In this document: positions 1-15,109 of the stretch, one piece after another
Layout: each line of letters begins with the position of its first letter
Position numbering within the stretch: the stretch's first letter is position 1
Virus record (IMG/VR): IMGVR_UViG_3300042564_002756
Span: 1 to 64,000 of that record
Strand: one strand, 5' to 3'
Length of the DNA stretch: 64,000 nt
Origin: an uncultured virus (IMG/VR IMGVR_UViG_3300042564_002756)
Taxonomy: Duplodnaviria > Heunggongvirae > Uroviricota > Caudoviricetes
Program-made: the position numbers and the translations under genes
Notes under the pieces: generated by a model
Seen by the model: only the letters and a program-made list of their open reading frames with translations
Databases searched by the model: none
What the model was told of the DNA's origin: nothing

Positions 1-1
1 C

Positions 2-4974
<4,973 letters not shown>

Positions 4975-4978
<4 letters not shown>

Positions 4979-5379
4979 CAACGGTTAATTTAAGTGCGCT
5001 TTTAGATGGGAATTATCTAGGATTTACTGGTTCCATAGGCTTTACTGGGTCAGTCGGGTTTACTGGATCTATAGGTCCTACTAATATTCCAGTAAATTCG
5101 CAAGCAGCTGGATATACACTCCAAGCTTCAGATGTGGGTAAATACATTAATATAACAAGTGGAAATGTTACAGTTCCGTCTGGAATATTTTCAAACGGTG
5201 ATGTTGTAACTGTATTTAATAATAAAGGTAGTACAATGTCCATTTTGGCAAGCGGTGTCACCCAATACTTTGCAGGAACAAACATTACAGGAACTTTAAC
5301 ATTGTCTCAAAGAGGTCTTGCAACTATTTTATGTGTAGGAACTAATATATTTGTAATATCCGGTGCAGGATTGTTTTGA
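4975..5379 (+). CDS. small fibre-associated protein (short collagen stub plus beta domain), paralog of 6047..6718
   Basis: GFTGS stub; C-terminal domain shared with the 6047 ORF; ATGA coupling to the fibre gene. Confidence 0.7.
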
Positions 5380-5380
5380 T

Positions 5381-6022
5381 ATGGTATCAGTAGTTTCACA
5401 AGCCATAAGTATGAATAGAGTACCTGAAATTTCTGCAGTTGGTTATGATGCAGCATTTAGTTATTCTGCTGCAAGCTTTTCATTTACAGCCGGTGCAGCT
5501 GGTTCGTTCACATTAACACAAGCATCGGAACCATATCAAAAATTTATAGTTTTAACAAGAATTGTAAAGGCATCTGGTCTAACTATAAGTAATTTAGCAT
5601 TATCAGTGCAAGGTTCTGCTGGATTGAATATAGCAACAATTTCAAATAGTACTAATACTCTCTATATGCACTATATAAATCACCCAAGAACTAATGGTGC
5701 ATTTTCCTCATATAGTATGTCTTTAACGGGACTCTCAGGACAAACACCTGGATCTATAAGTTTAGTAAGTAGAGTGTATATTTTAGATGGAGGGTCTGGT
5801 CCACAAGATGTGCAAACTAATACAGATAGTGCCTCACATGTTTTAGGTGCAGGAGATTTTATAAACAGCAAAGCTGCTATTTTTGCAATTACATCTGGTA
5901 CATCAATCACTGGTATTACAACACAGGCATCTAATCCGACCACAGGTGCTGAAGTATTTACATCTGGCTCTACAGTTAATTTATCTACAACCGGCATAAT
6001 GATATCCGGAGTTTTTAAATAA
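5381..6022 (+). CDS. Ser/Thr-rich putative virion or receptor-binding protein
   Basis: ORF; ATG at 5381 directly follows the upstream stop; composition and context. Confidence 0.55.
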   Translation: MVSVVSQAISMNRVPEISAVGYDAAFSYSAASFSFTAGAAGSFTLTQASEPYQKFIVLTRIVKASGLTISNLALSVQGSAGLNIATISNSTNTLYMHYINHPRTNGAFSSYSMSLTGLSGQTPGSISLVSRVYILDGGSGPQDVQTNTDSASHVLGAGDFINSKAAIFAITSGTSITGITTQASNPTTGAEVFTSGSTVNLSTTGIMISGVFK

Positions 6023-6046
6023 ATAATCATATACATGGAGATATGA

Positions 6047-6718
6047 ATGACTACTAATTTATCAGATTTTTTAAGTAGTGGGTATGCAGGTTTTACTGGG
6101 TCAATTGGTTTAATTGGTGTTAGTGGTTCTTACGCAGCAGTGGGGTTTACGGGATCGGCAGGTTTCTTGGCAGATACATCAAACACCGCACCTTTTACTA
6201 CTACAGATGGTCATATGTGGTTTGATACCACCGATCTTTCTCTTTCAGTACTATACAACGATGGTGATAGTCTGCAATGGATTACTGTTACTGGCGCAAG
6301 AGGATTGACTGGGTATACTGGATCACTTGGTTTTACTGGAAGTAAGGGTGACATAGGATTTGTAGGTAGCCAAGGGCCAGCTGGTGGTTTTACAGGTAGC
6401 CAAGGATTTACTGGCAGTGCAGCACCAACAGGCATACCACAAAGCAACAACGTCGTTGTACTATCTTCTGATGCCGGAAAACACGTAAACACTACTGCAA
6501 ATGTAACAATAAACACGTCAACATCGTTTTCAATCGGGGATATGGTTTCTTTTTATAACTCGTCTAATACTGCTATAACTATTGTCTCTACTGGAGTTAC
6601 TCTACGTCTAGCAGGAACTTCAACTACTGGAAATAGAACATTATCTAAATTTGGGTTGGCTACTGCTTTATGTGTTAATGCCAATGACTACGCAATTTCT
6701 GGTGCCGGTATATCATGA
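6047..6718 (+). CDS. fibre-associated protein with collagen stubs
   Basis: GGAG RBS; GFTGS repeats; GHMWFDT...YNDGDSLQW motif typical of phage fibres. Confidence 0.7.
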   Translation: MTTNLSDFLSSGYAGFTGSIGLIGVSGSYAAVGFTGSAGFLADTSNTAPFTTTDGHMWFDTTDLSLSVLYNDGDSLQWITVTGARGLTGYTGSLGFTGSKGDIGFVGSQGPAGGFTGSQGFTGSAAPTGIPQSNNVVVLSSDAGKHVNTTANVTINTSTSFSIGDMVSFYNSSNTAITIVSTGVTLRLAGTSTTGNRTLSKFGLATALCVNANDYAISGAGIS

Positions 6719-7431
6719 CAATACAACAAATGCTCCTATGCATAGGTAGCCTAGTAACTGATGGTTTGCTAGTTTATTTAGACGGTAGTACTAGTAGTTA
6801 TCCTGGGAGTGGTACTGTTTGGAATGATATTTCAGGTAATGGAAGAAATTTTAATCTGTTAAATGCTCCTACATTTACAAGTGACTATTTTACAATGAAT
6901 GGAACTACTCAAGGTTTTGATATTGGTTCTGCAATTACTACAGTAACAGATTCTTTTACTTATTCTATGATAGCAATGCCAACAGCAACTCATGGCATAG
7001 ACGCAGAAAGCACCAGCGGTGTTACTGGAACCTCAGGTCAAAGATATTTAGTAGGTGCTAATCAAGGTGGCGCCAGTGCAGCAGGTGCTGGTATATCTTG
7101 TGGAACAAACGGTGTGTCTGTTTATGAGCATGCTGATGGTTATATGCCGCCTTTGCTTGTACACAGCGCCACAATATCTAGCACAACACCTACTCTTATA
7201 ACTGTTGTTTATTTAAATAAGAGACCTTATTTGTATTTAAACGATGTATTTGCTAGACAAGGGCTAACTAGTCCTAGGACAGCAGTAAACATGAGAGGAG
7301 ATACTCTTGGATACGGGCCTTATGGATACTTTCAAGGTAGAATTTATACCTGTCAAATGTATAGTAAAGCACTTTCTATTTCTGAAATTTCACAAAACTA
7401 TGAGTTTTTTAAAACAAGGTATGCGATATAA
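6715..7431 (+). CDS. LamG/concanavalin-A-like lectin domain virion protein
   Basis: LVTDGLLVYLD...SYPGSGTVWNDISGNGRN...YSKALSISEISQNY pattern. Confidence 0.75.
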   Translation: MTIQQMLLCIGSLVTDGLLVYLDGSTSSYPGSGTVWNDISGNGRNFNLLNAPTFTSDYFTMNGTTQGFDIGSAITTVTDSFTYSMIAMPTATHGIDAESTSGVTGTSGQRYLVGANQGGASAAGAGISCGTNGVSVYEHADGYMPPLLVHSATISSTTPTLITVVYLNKRPYLYLNDVFARQGLTSPRTAVNMRGDTLGYGPYGYFQGRIYTCQMYSKALSISEISQNYEFFKTRYAI

Positions 7432-7590
7432 TGGGCATTTGGAGTTTACAGGCACAATATCTTTATAAAGTACCAACAACCGTTTTTTCTGATAAGAATC
7501 TACATCAATACAGGTTATATAGAAGTTTCTGAAAAGCCACCAATTACGAATAATCAAATTCTATATAGGAACCCAAACAGATCCGTATAA
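7431..7590 (+). pseudogene. possible degraded remnant of a fibre or fibre-chaperone gene
   Basis: MGIWSLQAQYLYK in one frame and GYIEVSEKPPITNNQIL in another; the latter resembles the 8700 chaperone segment. Confidence 0.35.
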
Positions 7591-7617
7591 CGCAATTTGA
7601 CCATAATAAAAGGATAA

Positions 7618-8697
7618 ATGATGTCAATAAACTTTCCCAACAGCCCCAGTGTAAACGACACATATCAGTTTAATAATCTAGTTTTTGTCTTTGACGGAAC
7701 TAAATGGAAAGTTGATGGGCAACTATCGTATATACAAGATGCAATACAATATATTCGTTCTGGAACACAAGCAGAGCGACCTACCGTGTCTGCAGCTACA
7801 ATTTACTATAACACTGATCTTGAAGGGTTAGAATTTTATTATCCTGATATTGATACATGGGAAGTAGTTTCTACATTTGCAAAACAAGTTGATCTAACTG
7901 CTGACAGCGGTCAGCTTGCTTATACCAGCCCAGGTACATATTCTTTTGTGTGTCCCGCAAACGTATACCAAGTTTACGTTGTTTGTGTTGGCGGCGGGGG
8001 TGGCGGATATCTTTCTGCTTCTGGAGGTTCCGGCGGTGGCGGCGGCGGTTTGGCCTGGTTAAATAATATACCAGTAACACCTGGGAGTAGTTACACTGTT
8101 GTTGTAGGTTTGGCGGGGCAATCGGGCGGAACACCCCAAGCGGGCGGAACCAGCTATTTTATTTCAGCATTAACTGTAGCAGGTGGCGGCGGCGCAGTCG
8201 CCGCCGTTGGCTTTTCCGGCGCGAGCGGATCAGGTGGCAGCTTTACTACTACTATTGGCCCCGGCGGCGGTGGGTTTGGCGGTATCGGAGGACAAAATAC
8301 AATCGGCAACTACTGCGGCGGCGGCGGGGGTGCAGGCGGCTATACTAGCAATGGAGGCGCAGGAAGCGGCTATAACACTGCAGGATTAAATGGAAATGGC
8401 GGTGGTGGTGGCGGCGGTGGGGGAACCAGCGCCATCTCCGGCCTTGGTGGTTCGGGCGGTGGCGTTGGAATTTTAGGTGCTGGAATTAGTGGCACCGGCG
8501 GCATGGCCGGCAACAACGGGTCGCGCGGTGGCGGCGGGTCTGGAGGGGTTGGTGGCGGTACACTCAACACGGGCGGTGCATATGGCGGCGGCGGCCCCGG
8601 TTCAGACGGCACAGCTTCCGGCGGGGGCACCGGCGCCGTTCGTATCATATGGGGTCCAGGTCGCTCGTTTCCCTCTACTAGTACAGGAGATGTATAA
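7618..8697 (+). CDS. glycine-rich (polyglycine-II type) adhesin / tail-fibre tip protein, gp38-like
   Basis: INFPNSPSVNDTY N-terminus; VVCVGGGGGG and many GGGGG runs; GAVRIIWG end. Confidence 0.75.
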   Translation: MMSINFPNSPSVNDTYQFNNLVFVFDGTKWKVDGQLSYIQDAIQYIRSGTQAERPTVSAATIYYNTDLEGLEFYYPDIDTWEVVSTFAKQVDLTADSGQLAYTSPGTYSFVCPANVYQVYVVCVGGGGGGYLSASGGSGGGGGGLAWLNNIPVTPGSSYTVVVGLAGQSGGTPQAGGTSYFISALTVAGGGGAVAAVGFSGASGSGGSFTTTIGPGGGGFGGIGGQNTIGNYCGGGGGAGGYTSNGGAGSGYNTAGLNGNGGGGGGGGGTSAISGLGGSGGGVGILGAGISGTGGMAGNNGSRGGGGSGGVGGGTLNTGGAYGGGGPGSDGTASGGGTGAVRIIWGPGRSFPSTSTGDV

Positions 8698-8699
8698 TA

Positions 8700-9080
8700 A
8701 TGCTAGTTTCATATAAAACTGCACAACCACAAAAATTACCTATTGAGCATGTCGGAAAAAGTGAGCAAGAACTGAATGTTCTTGGATTTGTCATTTGTAC
8801 TGTAAAACCATCATACATTCCAGGACAAAAATTGTGGTGGGAAAATAATCAATGGACTATACAAGATCCAAATGAATCTGAACTTGCGATTCAATGGCAA
8901 AAAATAAAAACTGAATCTGAAAAACACTTGGCTGAAACTGATTATAAGGTGATCAAAGCATACGAGTTACAAGTACCAGTTAGCCCTGAATGGGTCGAGT
9001 ATAGACAAGCTCTTCGCGACATTTACAATAACGTGGCGGGCCTGAACCCGTTTGCGGTCGATTGGCCACAAAAACCATGA
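8700..9080 (+). CDS. tail fibre assembly chaperone-like protein
   Basis: LAETDY...WVEYRQALRDI...WPQKP C-terminal motif. Confidence 0.75.
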   Translation: MLVSYKTAQPQKLPIEHVGKSEQELNVLGFVICTVKPSYIPGQKLWWENNQWTIQDPNESELAIQWQKIKTESEKHLAETDYKVIKAYELQVPVSPEWVEYRQALRDIYNNVAGLNPFAVDWPQKP

Positions 9081-9095
9081 GCTCTTATAGATAAA

Positions 9096-9103
9096 TATAA
9101 ATA
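9096..9103 (+). promoter_or_regulatory. T4-type late promoter TATAAATA upstream of the glycosyltransferase cluster
   Basis: Exact consensus 34 nt upstream of the ATG, with GAGG RBS. Confidence 0.8.
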
Positions 9104-9137
9104 CCATTGATTAACTTTTACGTGATGAGGATATATT

Positions 9138-12100
9138 ATGAAACTTGCAATAATAGACAAAATAGGTTTATGCTATGATGGAGATACTCTTTCTAAACAA
9201 GGACTCGGAGGCTCTGAATCCGCAGTCATCCTTATTTCAAAAGAACTTTCAAAAATCGGATTTGAGGTCACCGTATATAATAACTGCAAGGACGGCTCGA
9301 ACTCAAAACCAGGACTTTATGATGGAGTCCGATATGTCGATAACTCCGATGCTAAATTTGATGAAACAGACTACGAAGCCGTAATTGTTTCTAGAACTGT
9401 AGTACCATTTATTTCTAATGATTGGCCGTTTATACACAAAGCAAAGAAACGTATTCTTTGGTTACATGATACATTTATAGAAGGTGATAATCTATTAGAA
9501 GATCTTGTTGTCTCTGGAAAAATAGATCACGTATTCACACTTTCTGACTGGCACACGTCATATATACTTACCTGTCAACACGGCAAGAAACGAAACCACG
9601 AAGTACTTAAGAAATCAATATTTCAAACTCGTAATGGCGCCGTTTGCCATATTCCAGAAGTAGATCTATCAAAGAAAGATCCAAATCAATTTGTCTATAA
9701 TGCATCGGCAACAAAAGGTATGTTGCCTCTAGTAGAACATATTTGGCCAGAGATAAAGAAAAGAATCCCAGAAGCAAAACTTTCTATTATTGGTGGTTAC
9801 TATCGGTTTCGTGATGGAGCTGAACCTGATGCTCAAGAAAATACAGTTTCACAACTTGCCGCAAGAGAAGACTTAAAAAACCTCGGAATTACATTTACTG
9901 GAGTAATTCCACAGCATGAAATAGCAGAGATACTTGCAAAATCTTGGATGATGCTTTATCCAGGTGCATTTCCAGAAACATTCGGAATTTCATCCCTTGA
10001 ATCACTTCTATACAAGACACCTCTTGTCACCACAAGATTTGGTGCACTCGAAGAAACAGCAATAGATCTTGCCTGTTATCATATTGACTATGCAATTGAA
10101 CCGAATGTTTTATTTCCACATATTGATAAAAAAATTCAGGTGCAAAAGTTCTTAGAAACTTTCTTTGCTGCATATAATAACCCATATCTACACCAACAAA
10201 AACAAAATTACTGCGATATTGTCAAAGATGTTACAGGCTGGAATACAGTTGCACTACAATGGAAACAGTTTCTTTATTCGATACTTGGGAATTTTCTTTC
10301 AGTAGATGATTATAGAAAAGTCACTCGAATCAACCAAAAAGTAGCTCGTGTCTTTGGAAGAACAGGAAATATGCCTGCTAATAAACAGTATAGTTCATCT
10401 GAAGATCAGAAACGAATTGTAGTTATATCACCTTTTTGGAATGCAGAAAACTATATTCGAAAGAATATATTATCAATTGCTACGCAAGATTATAATAACT
10501 ACGTGCATATTCTAATAGATGATAATTCAGATGATAAGTCCTTTCAAGTAGCAAAAGAGACTATTAATAGTTTACCAGAAAAACTTCAGAGTAAATTTAG
10601 ATTAATTCAAAATTTAGAAAATATCGGTGCTATTGCAAATCAAATAGCTGGTATTAGTCATTGCACCATGGATGATATTGTTATGTTATTAGATGGTGAT
10701 GATTGGTTAATAAACAATAACACACTATTTCACTATTATAATGATCTATATGCACAAGGTTACGAATTTACATATGGATCTATGTGGTCTCTAACAGATA
10801 ATATCCCATTAATAGCTCAAGAATATCCAATTGATGTTAAAAAGAATAAAAAATATAGAACACATCAGTTTAATTGGAAAATTCCATATACACATTTAAG
10901 AACATGTCTTAGCAAACATTTCTTTTCACTTGATATTGAAAAATTCAAAGTAGATGGAAAATGGATGAAATCAGGTCACGATAATCCGCTATTCTATGAA
11001 TTAATCGAGAAGATAGAGCCAGAGAAAATATACTGTAATAGAGAAATAGTTTGCAATTACAATGATTTAAACCCATTAAATGATTACAAGATAAATGGTG
11101 TTGAGCAAAATAGAAATGCAAATATGTCATATAGTAAAAAATTCTCAGTCATAGTTCCGACAATGTGGCGGTCTAAACCACTATTCAATAAATCACTTGA
11201 AAGATTGGTCCAGCAAGATTTAGTCGGTGAAATTATAGTAATAAATAATGATGTAATCCACACACCTGATTGGATTGTACTACAAAATCCAAAAATAAAA
11301 ATGCTAAATCAAGAGGCTAACATAAAAGTTAACCCTGCATGGAATTTAGGTGCAAAAGAAAGTTCTTATGATATAATATGTATAATAAATGATGATCTTT
11401 CATTTGATCCAATGTTATTTAATAAAATTTCTAATCACATCAATGACAAGATAGGTGTGTATGGATTTATAGTCGGTGGTCATAAATATAATCAACCAGA
11501 ATTAACAGATGGTTCAATAGATCTAATAGAATGGTCACAAGATAAATCTGCTTATGGGTTTGGTCAACTCATTATAATGAATAAAAATGATTGGGTTCCA
11601 ATACCTGAAGGTTTGGACGTATATTTCGGTGATGATTTTATCTTACATAATACTATAAACTCTGGAAAGAGTGTATATCTAATATCAAATATAAATTACG
11701 AGGAAGATTTTGGTGCAACATCAAGAGATCTTGACATATGGAAAGAATCCCATGATAAAGAAAAGCCAATCTTTGAAAAATGGTTAAAGGGTGATAAACA
11801 CAAAATGAATAAAAAAATTCTTATTGCAATACCAACAAATAAGTATATTGAAGTAGAAACATTCAAAAGTATTTGGGATTTAGAAATACCAACTGGTTAT
11901 GAAGTTGAGTTTCAGTACTTTTTCGGGTATCAAGTAGATCAAATACGAAATCTAATTGGAGAATGGGCTAAAAGATATGATTATCTATTGTCCATAGATT
12001 CAGATATTATAATTCCAAAAGATGCACTTAAGAAAATGATTGCTGCTGACAAAGACATAGTTACTGGAATGTATATTCAACGAATACCAGATACTCATAC

Positions 12101-12509
12101 TCTTGAGATATACATGGTAGATCCAACCGGTGGCATTATTAATATCCCTCATAATTTAATTAAGATACATAATGGTTTGGTTGAAATAGCAGCCTGTGGA
12201 TTTGGTTGCTGTTTAGTAAAAAGTGATGTATTCAGAAAAATGGAATACCCACATTTCTATTATCAATCTGCAATAAATCATAAAGATACAGTATCAGAAG
12301 ATATCTATTTCTGCAAGAAAGCAAGAGATAATGGATTTAAAGTTTGGGTAGATACAACTATTACATGCGATCATAAAGGTTCAACTTTCTTTAAAGTTAA
12401 AAGTGAAGTTAAACCAATAGAAATTCCAAAACAAGTAGAAGTTAAAAAAGATGAAACTGGTGTGACTGTAATACCTGATAGTTATAGAAAAGAGAGAATC
12501 TTTAAATGA
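9138..12509 (+). CDS. multidomain glycosyltransferase (GT-B/GT4 plus several GT-A/GT2 domains)
   Basis: GLGGSE and ETFGISSLE (GT4); VVISPFWNAE...IDDNSDD...LDGDDW (GT2); further INDD and IDSD DxD modules. Confidence 0.85.
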   Translation: MKLAIIDKIGLCYDGDTLSKQGLGGSESAVILISKELSKIGFEVTVYNNCKDGSNSKPGLYDGVRYVDNSDAKFDETDYEAVIVSRTVVPFISNDWPFIHKAKKRILWLHDTFIEGDNLLEDLVVSGKIDHVFTLSDWHTSYILTCQHGKKRNHEVLKKSIFQTRNGAVCHIPEVDLSKKDPNQFVYNASATKGMLPLVEHIWPEIKKRIPEAKLSIIGGYYRFRDGAEPDAQENTVSQLAAREDLKNLGITFTGVIPQHEIAEILAKSWMMLYPGAFPETFGISSLESLLYKTPLVTTRFGALEETAIDLACYHIDYAIEPNVLFPHIDKKIQVQKFLETFFAAYNNPYLHQQKQNYCDIVKDVTGWNTVALQWKQFLYSILGNFLSVDDYRKVTRINQKVARVFGRTGNMPANKQYSSSEDQKRIVVISPFWNAENYIRKNILSIATQDYNNYVHILIDDNSDDKSFQVAKETINSLPEKLQSKFRLIQNLENIGAIANQIAGISHCTMDDIVMLLDGDDWLINNNTLFHYYNDLYAQGYEFTYGSMWSLTDNIPLIAQEYPIDVKKNKKYRTHQFNWKIPYTHLRTCLSKHFFSLDIEKFKVDGKWMKSGHDNPLFYELIEKIEPEKIYCNREIVCNYNDLNPLNDYKINGVEQNRNANMSYSKKFSVIVPTMWRSKPLFNKSLERLVQQDLVGEIIVINNDVIHTPDWIVLQNPKIKMLNQEANIKVNPAWNLGAKESSYDIICIINDDLSFDPMLFNKISNHINDKIGVYGFIVGGHKYNQPELTDGSIDLIEWSQDKSAYGFGQLIIMNKNDWVPIPEGLDVYFGDDFILHNTINSGKSVYLISNINYEEDFGATSRDLDIWKESHDKEKPIFEKWLKGDKHKMNKKILIAIPTNKYIEVETFKSIWDLEIPTGYEVEFQYFFGYQVDQIRNLIGEWAKRYDYLLSIDSDIIIPKDALKKMIAADKDIVTGMYIQRIPDTHTLEIYMVDPTGGIINIPHNLIKIHNGLVEIAACGFGCCLVKSDVFRKMEYPHFYYQSAINHKDTVSEDIYFCKKARDNGFKVWVDTTITCDHKGSTFFKVKSEVKPIEIPKQVEVKKDETGVTVIPDSYRKERIFK

Positions 12510-13210
12510 GTGAATACAATCGTGAATATGCAATGAGTGAGTTTCAACAGCATGGTGAAACTTGGATCCAAAATAGATTTAATGGGCAGTTTAAAACAAT
12601 ATTTGATGTTGGATCTAATATCGGTGAATGGACAAGAATGACTCGATCATTTCAACCAAATGCTGATATACACATGTTTGAAATAGTTCCTGATACTTAC
12701 AGTAAAATGCTTAGAAATATTGAACTAGACAATAAAATGATTCCGAATAGTTTCGGTTTACTAGATAAATCTGGCCCTGTGCCAATGAAGCATAAAACCG
12801 AATATGATTCACTCAGTACAATAGTTACAGATTTAAGATTAGATGATAGTATTCCGATAAATGGTCTTGCATTTACAGGTGACGATTATGTTGATAGTCG
12901 TAGACTTGAAATGATAGATTATCTAAAAATAGATACCGAAGGTGCAGAAGGAAAGGTATTTAAAGGGTTTGAAAAGACGCTCAAAGAAGGTAAGGTTAGA
13001 ATTATTCAATTTGAATATAGTTTCATATGTGTGCTTACCAAATGGATGTTAATAGATAGTTACAATTTCTTGGAACCACTAGGATTTAAATTGGGTAAGT
13101 TAAAACAAGACAGCATAGAGTTTCATGACTATACTCTGATAGATGAAGATTTTAAAGGTCCAGAATATGTAGCAGTTCATCAAAATTCTTGGCACCTGTT
13201 TGGGTTATAA
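12506..13210 (+). CDS. FkbM-family SAM methyltransferase
   Basis: IFDVGSNIG, IDYLKIDTEGAE, IIQFEY. Confidence 0.85.
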   Translation: MSEYNREYAMSEFQQHGETWIQNRFNGQFKTIFDVGSNIGEWTRMTRSFQPNADIHMFEIVPDTYSKMLRNIELDNKMIPNSFGLLDKSGPVPMKHKTEYDSLSTIVTDLRLDDSIPINGLAFTGDDYVDSRRLEMIDYLKIDTEGAEGKVFKGFEKTLKEGKVRIIQFEYSFICVLTKWMLIDSYNFLEPLGFKLGKLKQDSIEFHDYTLIDEDFKGPEYVAVHQNSWHLFGL

Positions 13211-13213
13211 ATA
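13206..13213 (+). promoter_or_regulatory. T4-type late promoter TATAAATA
   Basis: Exact consensus upstream of the 13246 ATG. Confidence 0.75.
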
Positions 13214-13245
13214 TCACAATATAATTGAATAGAGGTGACTATACT

Positions 13246-14292
13246 ATGGAAATCAAAAAAGGTTTTAACGAAGTAGAATCAAAGTATAAGTTCGGTAATA
13301 ATGAATCATTTACCAAATATGTACTTGAACGAGGTGGCAAGATAAAGCCTCTCATTATCCCATCAGAACTAACTAATGGAACTGGATTAATGAATCCGAC
13401 CATTTATAGATTGCCTGATGGTAGATTAATTGTCAATATCCGACACGTAAATTATACATTCTATCATTCCGAACGAAAACTATTGCAGCACCAATGGGGG
13501 CCACTTACTTATTTACACCCTGAAAATGATATGCATTTACGAACAACTAATTATTACTGTGAATTGGATAATGATCTTAATATCACTGGATTCTGTAAAA
13601 TAGATACATCAAAATTTGACACATATGAGCCAATGTGGGATTTTGTTGGTCTCGAAGATGTCCGTCTTGTACTTTGGAATGAAAAACTTTATGCAACAGG
13701 TGTTCGTAGAGATACAACTACAAATGGTCAGGGTAGAATGGAGTTATCAGAACTTCAATACATTGAAGGTAAAATGACTGAAGTTTCTAGAGTCAGAATA
13801 CCACCGCCAAAAGATCCAAATTCATATTGTGAAAAGAATTGGATGCCAGTTATTGATGAAGACTATACGTATGTAAAATGGTCTAATCCAACAGAGGTAG
13901 TCAAAGTAGATCCTATTGATGCTAAATCAACTACAATAAAATTAAGTGAATACTTTCCAGCACCAAACGATTTTAGAGGTGGAACACAAGTAATTCCACT
14001 TGGTATTGATGGGCAAAGAATAGCTCTTGTTCATGAAGTTGATTTATTTAGAAGTGAACACGATAGAAAAGATGCAGTTTATAGACATCGCTTTATAGTC
14101 TGGGATAAAGATTGGAATATTGTAAAGTATACAAATGATTTTTCAATGATGAATGGACACGTAGAATTTGCAGTTGGAATGTGTCATCATAATAATGGTG
14201 AAGTTTTAATTACATTTGGTTTTCAAGATAATGCTGCATATATTTTGCAAACTAATATTCAGGACATAATTGATTTTATAAATGATAATTGA
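13246..14292 (+). CDS. five-bladed beta-propeller glycoside hydrolase/phosphorylase-like protein
   Basis: MNP, GLEDVRL, EKNWMP, RGGT, VEF motifs; AGAGG RBS. Confidence 0.65.
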   Translation: MEIKKGFNEVESKYKFGNNESFTKYVLERGGKIKPLIIPSELTNGTGLMNPTIYRLPDGRLIVNIRHVNYTFYHSERKLLQHQWGPLTYLHPENDMHLRTTNYYCELDNDLNITGFCKIDTSKFDTYEPMWDFVGLEDVRLVLWNEKLYATGVRRDTTTNGQGRMELSELQYIEGKMTEVSRVRIPPPKDPNSYCEKNWMPVIDEDYTYVKWSNPTEVVKVDPIDAKSTTIKLSEYFPAPNDFRGGTQVIPLGIDGQRIALVHEVDLFRSEHDRKDAVYRHRFIVWDKDWNIVKYTNDFSMMNGHVEFAVGMCHHNNGEVLITFGFQDNAAYILQTNIQDIIDFINDN

Positions 14293-15109
14293 TTGCTTTT
14301 CTTATTTTAATGAGGAAGAACTTCTAGAATTAAGATTAAGACTACTATATAATAAAGTAGATAAATTCATAATTACAGAAGCAGACCACACTCATAGCGG
14401 TTTACCGAAACAAATGACACTTTTAAACACTCTCAAGAGAATGGATATTTCTCTTGAGAAAATCTGGTATGTTCCAGTTATGTTGCCTTCACTTGCACAA
14501 GAACCGAATAATTGGGTACGTGAGCGTATGCAAAGAGATGCAGCTACATCATATATTAGAGAAACAGACATTGCATTTATTGGTGATTGTGATGAGATTT
14601 TAAATCCGGCACATATAGAATATATGAAATACATCAAAGAAAATCACCCAAATGAGATTTTGAGAACACCACTTGCATATTTGTGTGGTAGAGCAGATTT
14701 AAGAGTTTATAATCAAAATGAAGAACAGATGCAATGGAATACCCCATTTTTAGTTTCTGGACAACAATTAAAACATTATACACTTTCAGAAATTCGTGAA
14801 GATCATGCTTGGGGTTTTCATAGATTGCAAGATATTTTTATAACAGAAGATGGTTATTTAAAAGAACTTGGTTGGCATTTTACTTGGATGGGAAATCAAG
14901 AAAGATTAAAAACAAAAATTAAAAATTATAGCCACGCTGGTGAACATACTCTAGATGAAAACTTTAGTGCATCAGAAAATTCATTTGATCCACTCGGAAG
15001 AAAAGATCATATATTAAAAAGATATAATATAAACAATTTACCGAACTTGATATTAGAAAATAACAGAATTAGAAAGTATCTATTACCAGATGAAAATACT
15101 TTTTCATGA
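14282..15109 (+). CDS. GT17-like (beta-1,4-GlcNAc transferase-like) glycosyltransferase
   Basis: MIIDCFSYFNEEELLELRL, EADHTHSG, DCDEI, GWHFTW. Confidence 0.8.
   Translation: MIIDCFSYFNEEELLELRLRLLYNKVDKFIITEADHTHSGLPKQMTLLNTLKRMDISLEKIWYVPVMLPSLAQEPNNWVRERMQRDAATSYIRETDIAFIGDCDEILNPAHIEYMKYIKENHPNEILRTPLAYLCGRADLRVYNQNEEQMQWNTPFLVSGQQLKHYTLSEIREDHAWGFHRLQDIFITEDGYLKELGWHFTWMGNQERLKTKIKNYSHAGEHTLDENFSASENSFDPLGRKDHILKRYNINNLPNLILENNRIRKYLLPDENTFS

Noticed and set aside
8370..8648. Pro-rich minus-strand ORF
   Set aside because: Antisense of the poly-Gly adhesin codons
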